Shown: positions 60,714 to 64,000 of the stretch, piece by piece
Layout of the letters: every line of letters begins with the position of its first letter
How positions within the stretch are numbered: position 1 is the first letter of the stretch
From: Macrostomum lignano
Lineage: Eukaryota
DNA: 64,000 bases
Assembly: GCA_002269645.1 (NCBI GenBank)
Contig: NIVC01000385.1
Coordinates: 124,001 to 188,000, forward strand
Direction of reading: 5' to 3'
Notes under the pieces: model-generated
Told to the model about the DNA's origin: nothing
The model's database searches: none
What the model saw: only the letters and a program-made list of their open reading frames with translations
Made by a program: the position numbers and the translations under genes

Positions 60714-62156
60714 ATGGTGAGTCATCGCCTAGGAAAGCATCAATCAGAATGCAACGCTAGCATTTCAGCGAAGGCCGCTACTTTTAAAATCCGTGAAACC
60801 AATAAGCATGAACTGGCAGCACAAGATTCTGAAACGGAAGAAGACTCCTCGCGAAATGGGTTCAGCTGCATTCGTCGAAGCAACTGTGCACTGAAGATCC
60901 CAGCAGATGCTCCAACGAGGACCGAAGCGTACAAGGCTTACATGAGTTCCCATCCGACTGCCAAGCTCATCGGAATCAACGGTGGATGGTACGACATTTC
61001 CAAATTCATCCCGCACCACCCAGGCGGCTCTGTGATTGCTCAGTTTGTTGGCAAAGACGCTACTCCCGTGTTCAAAGGGCTGCACACCAAGGATGTGCTC
61101 AAAAACATGCGGCCTGTAGCCACCTACAGACTGAGCGAAGCTGACCCTGCCGCTGAGGCGTTCGCAGAGCTGCACCAGTTCTTCATCAAGCAGGGCTTCT
61201 TTCAAACCAGTGCAGTGTGGTATGCCGGCAAGATGGCTTTTGCAGCCTCTTTGTTGGCTCTCACGTTGTTTCTGGTTGTGGGCTGCAGCTCTTGGTACTG
61301 GCACTGTCTGGCCAGCTGCAGCCTCGCTCTGTTTTGGCAGCAATGCGGATTCTTCATGCACGACTTCATGCACAGCCAAGGCTTCCACGAGCGCAAGATT
61401 GACAACTGGATCGGCCTCGTGTGTGGAACGCTCGGTGTGGGCGTCAACAGCTTCTGGTGGCAGGAAGAGCACTACGTCCACCACGCACTCACCAATACGG
61501 TCGACTATGAGAATGGGTTTTTCGATCCTCAGATGAAAGAGGAATCGTGGGCGCAAAACAAAAAGTTGTTCCCATTCTTCACAACGAGACTGCAGCGCGC
61601 GCTGATTGCTATTCAGCATTGGACGTTCCTTCCCATCTGCATCATTGTGGGAAGACCGTACATCGTTATAGCAGCAATTGTGAGTGAAAGAAGACCTATT
61701 GTGTGGCTGGCTCTGATTTTGCACATTATCTGGGTGAGTGTTCTCTTGTGCCAACTTCCAACATGGACTCAAGTGTTTGTAACTTACTCCTTGGCGTCAA
61801 TGCTAGAAGGAATTCTCCATGTCCAGCTATTGGTAAATCACTACTGCAAGCCTTTCTACGAACGTAAGGAGGTCTGCGAGGAGACCAACTGGTACCGAAT
61901 GCAGGTTGAGTGCAACATCAACATAAAGAACCCCGTGTGGATGGACTGGTTTCATGGCGGGCTGAACTTCCACATCGAGCACCACCTGTTTCCGCTGATG
62001 CCAAGACACCGGTTCAGGGAAGCGAGCAAACATATAAAGGCTGTGTGCGCTCGACTCGGGATTGAGTACGACGAGTGTTACTGGACGACTGCTCTGGTGA
62101 GGACCCTGCAACAGCTGAAGAATGCTGCGGTTGTCTTCTCCCTGGATCCGAGATGA
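60714..62156 (+). CDS. Cytochrome-b5-fused desaturase, copy 2, intronless, 480 aa
   Basis: Same motifs as copy 1 (HPGG, HDFMH, HYVHH, HIEHH). Confidence 0.92.
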   Translation: MVSHRLGKHQSECNASISAKAATFKIRETNKHELAAQDSETEEDSSRNGFSCIRRSNCALKIPADAPTRTEAYKAYMSSHPTAKLIGINGGWYDISKFIPHHPGGSVIAQFVGKDATPVFKGLHTKDVLKNMRPVATYRLSEADPAAEAFAELHQFFIKQGFFQTSAVWYAGKMAFAASLLALTLFLVVGCSSWYWHCLASCSLALFWQQCGFFMHDFMHSQGFHERKIDNWIGLVCGTLGVGVNSFWWQEEHYVHHALTNTVDYENGFFDPQMKEESWAQNKKLFPFFTTRLQRALIAIQHWTFLPICIIVGRPYIVIAAIVSERRPIVWLALILHIIWVSVLLCQLPTWTQVFVTYSLASMLEGILHVQLLVNHYCKPFYERKEVCEETNWYRMQVECNINIKNPVWMDWFHGGLNFHIEHHLFPLMPRHRFREASKHIKAVCARLGIEYDECYWTTALVRTLQQLKNAAVVFSLDPR

Positions 62157-63215
62157 GAACGAAAGCATGAGTGATTGTGTACTTAAGAATTTCTTAAAAT
62201 ATTTACCTCCTATTTTATCACTCAAATACTGCTGCAAATGTAAGGGTATCTACCGCGTGCAAGGGTATTTTTTAATTTTTTAACTGTGGGTAAGTGGCTG
62301 CTTTTAGCCTGAGGTTTACATAAACTAACAGTCTAACAGTCCAACAGCATGACAGCAGTAGTTTCAAGGCATTATCCATGAATGTTTCAAAATCAAACTC
62401 TTGGCTCTTCCACCTCTACCAATCAGAGCTAGGTAACACTTGATAGGCAGCTGAGGTACAGAAGCGACAGTTTGATTTCTGATGGACTTCACGCTAGCAA
62501 TTCGCAACAAGTTGCCATTGTGCGTCTCTGCCCGAATAAATCCAATAGATATGAGTAGCAAAGTGAATTTTCTCTTTAGTGGCTAATTTACCCCCATATT
62601 GACGACTATTCATTCATGACTAACCGTTGATATGTAAATTTGGTAATCTCCAGTTGAGTTCACCTCAAAGTACTCCTATATACATGCTTATTTTAAGTAC
62701 GCTCGTATATATTCACTTCTAGCAAAATAGCTCGTACGCTCTTTACTCGCAATTTTCTGGGTGCACAAAGAAAATGACTGATTTGAAAAAAAACAAAGGA
62801 AATTTAAATGCCATGGTGCAACAAATTATATATCAGCAAGCTTAAAAAACTCAATTGTGTCAGTTCGCTTTTTCTTAGCTATTTATGTTGTAATCAATTG
62901 TTATTTAAAAATATTTATTTGAACTTTTATTGACAGTACCATGATTTTTTTGTACAATCGAGCATCTGTTTCGCTCTTTTATCTAAAAATATCTTATTGA
63001 GGACTGAATATTTATGCTTTTTTAATGAGATAGGCTTAGTCTTTGATTTTCACGAATCCTGTTCGCGATGCCTCTCGTGATTCAAAATATAATTTGCCGA
63101 TAACCGGAAGGATCATTTCTGTATCCGCATGAGTACTGTGTACTGTACTCTAGAAGAAATGCTTTATTTAAGATTCTAAATATCTAATAGAACAGTTTTG
63201 TGCAGCTGCAAACCT

Positions 63216-63565
63216 ACCCACTGATCTCTGCTGGAGCATCACTACTCACAGGTTCCTTATCGAGTATCGCTACACACTGGTGCCTGATGGAGCATCGCTA
63301 CTCACTGATCCCTGGTGGAGCATCGCTACCCACTGATCCCTGGTGGAGCATCGCTACCCACAGGTTCCTTATCGAGTATCGCTACACACTGGTGCCTGAT
63401 GGAGCATCGCTACTCACTGATCCCTGGTGGAGCATCGCTACCCACTGATCCCTGGTGGAGCATCGCTACCCACTGATCCCTGCTGGAGCATCGCTACTCA
63501 CAGGTTCCTTATCGAGTATCGCTACACACTGGTGCCTGATGGAGCATCGCTACGCACTGGTCTGA
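63216..63565. repeat. 28-bp minisatellite (GAGCATCGCTACCCACTGATCCCTGGTG type) with higher-order structure
   Basis: Period 28; a variant pair recurs at ~63249, 63361 and 63501. Confidence 0.93.
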
Positions 63566-64000
63566 TAGAGTTTCGCTAACTTTTTCTGGAACTCAGCCAC
63601 ACCTTACCTGCTATTTAATCTAGTGTAACAATGTTTTTTAGCCCTCTTCCAAGATTTATTGATCAACCCAGCTCATAAACGCGATGAGCGGAACAGAAGT
63701 ACATGTAGTTCGAATTTTGAAATTTCGATGCCAGCTTAGCAGCAATTTCTTCCTACAGAAAGCAGAAATACGTTAATACTCGTACATGGATAACATGCCT
63801 AAATGCTCTGGTCTAAGCAATGCGACGTTATTAAAATTGTGATCTCAAATTTTCGTACTGCTGCGCTGCAGAAGAATAAATTTTAAATTTTCGTGCACAC
63901 TGTATTTGTCTAGCAGTGTACAGTCTAGTTAAAATATAGGTGAATGGGCTGGAAGGTTAGTCTAGGACGACTTTACACTCAAGATTTTTCTCAAAGCATG

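Noticed and set aside
50137-62156. Contaminant (bacterial or protist) origin of the intronless desaturases
   Set aside because: They are interleaved with animal-type mariner and gypsy elements and contiguous with intron-containing host genes; only a misjoin shown by long reads would revive this.

Overview
AT-rich, repeat-dense animal genomic DNA. Spliceosomal GT-AG introns, TTAGGG-type repeats and the gene content point to an invertebrate; a free-living flatworm such as Macrostomum is a guess from sequence style only. Five host protein genes could be reconstructed by hand: a 2-exon NPY/NPF-type GPCR (minus, 9373-12333), a 2-exon medium-chain acyl-CoA dehydrogenase (minus, 17199-19111), a 5-exon AMPK beta subunit (plus, 33435-44338) and two intronless, tandem cytochrome-b5-fused desaturases (50137-51567, 60714-62156). 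The desaturases look fungal/plant-type rather than vertebrate FADS-type, carry H in place of the canonical Q in His-box 3, and show a mosaic of near-identical and strongly diverged segments. The rest is mobile and repetitive DNA: a head-to-tail Helitron array with internal ~22-bp satellites, an apparently intact 6.8-kb CACTA/EnSpm-like transposon in an AMPK-beta intron, a deleted Ty3/gypsy element nested in a mariner, Crypton, RTE, Tc1 and gypsy relics, several MITEs, a tRNA-derived SINE and several minisatellites. All alignments and counts were done by eye; no database searches were run.
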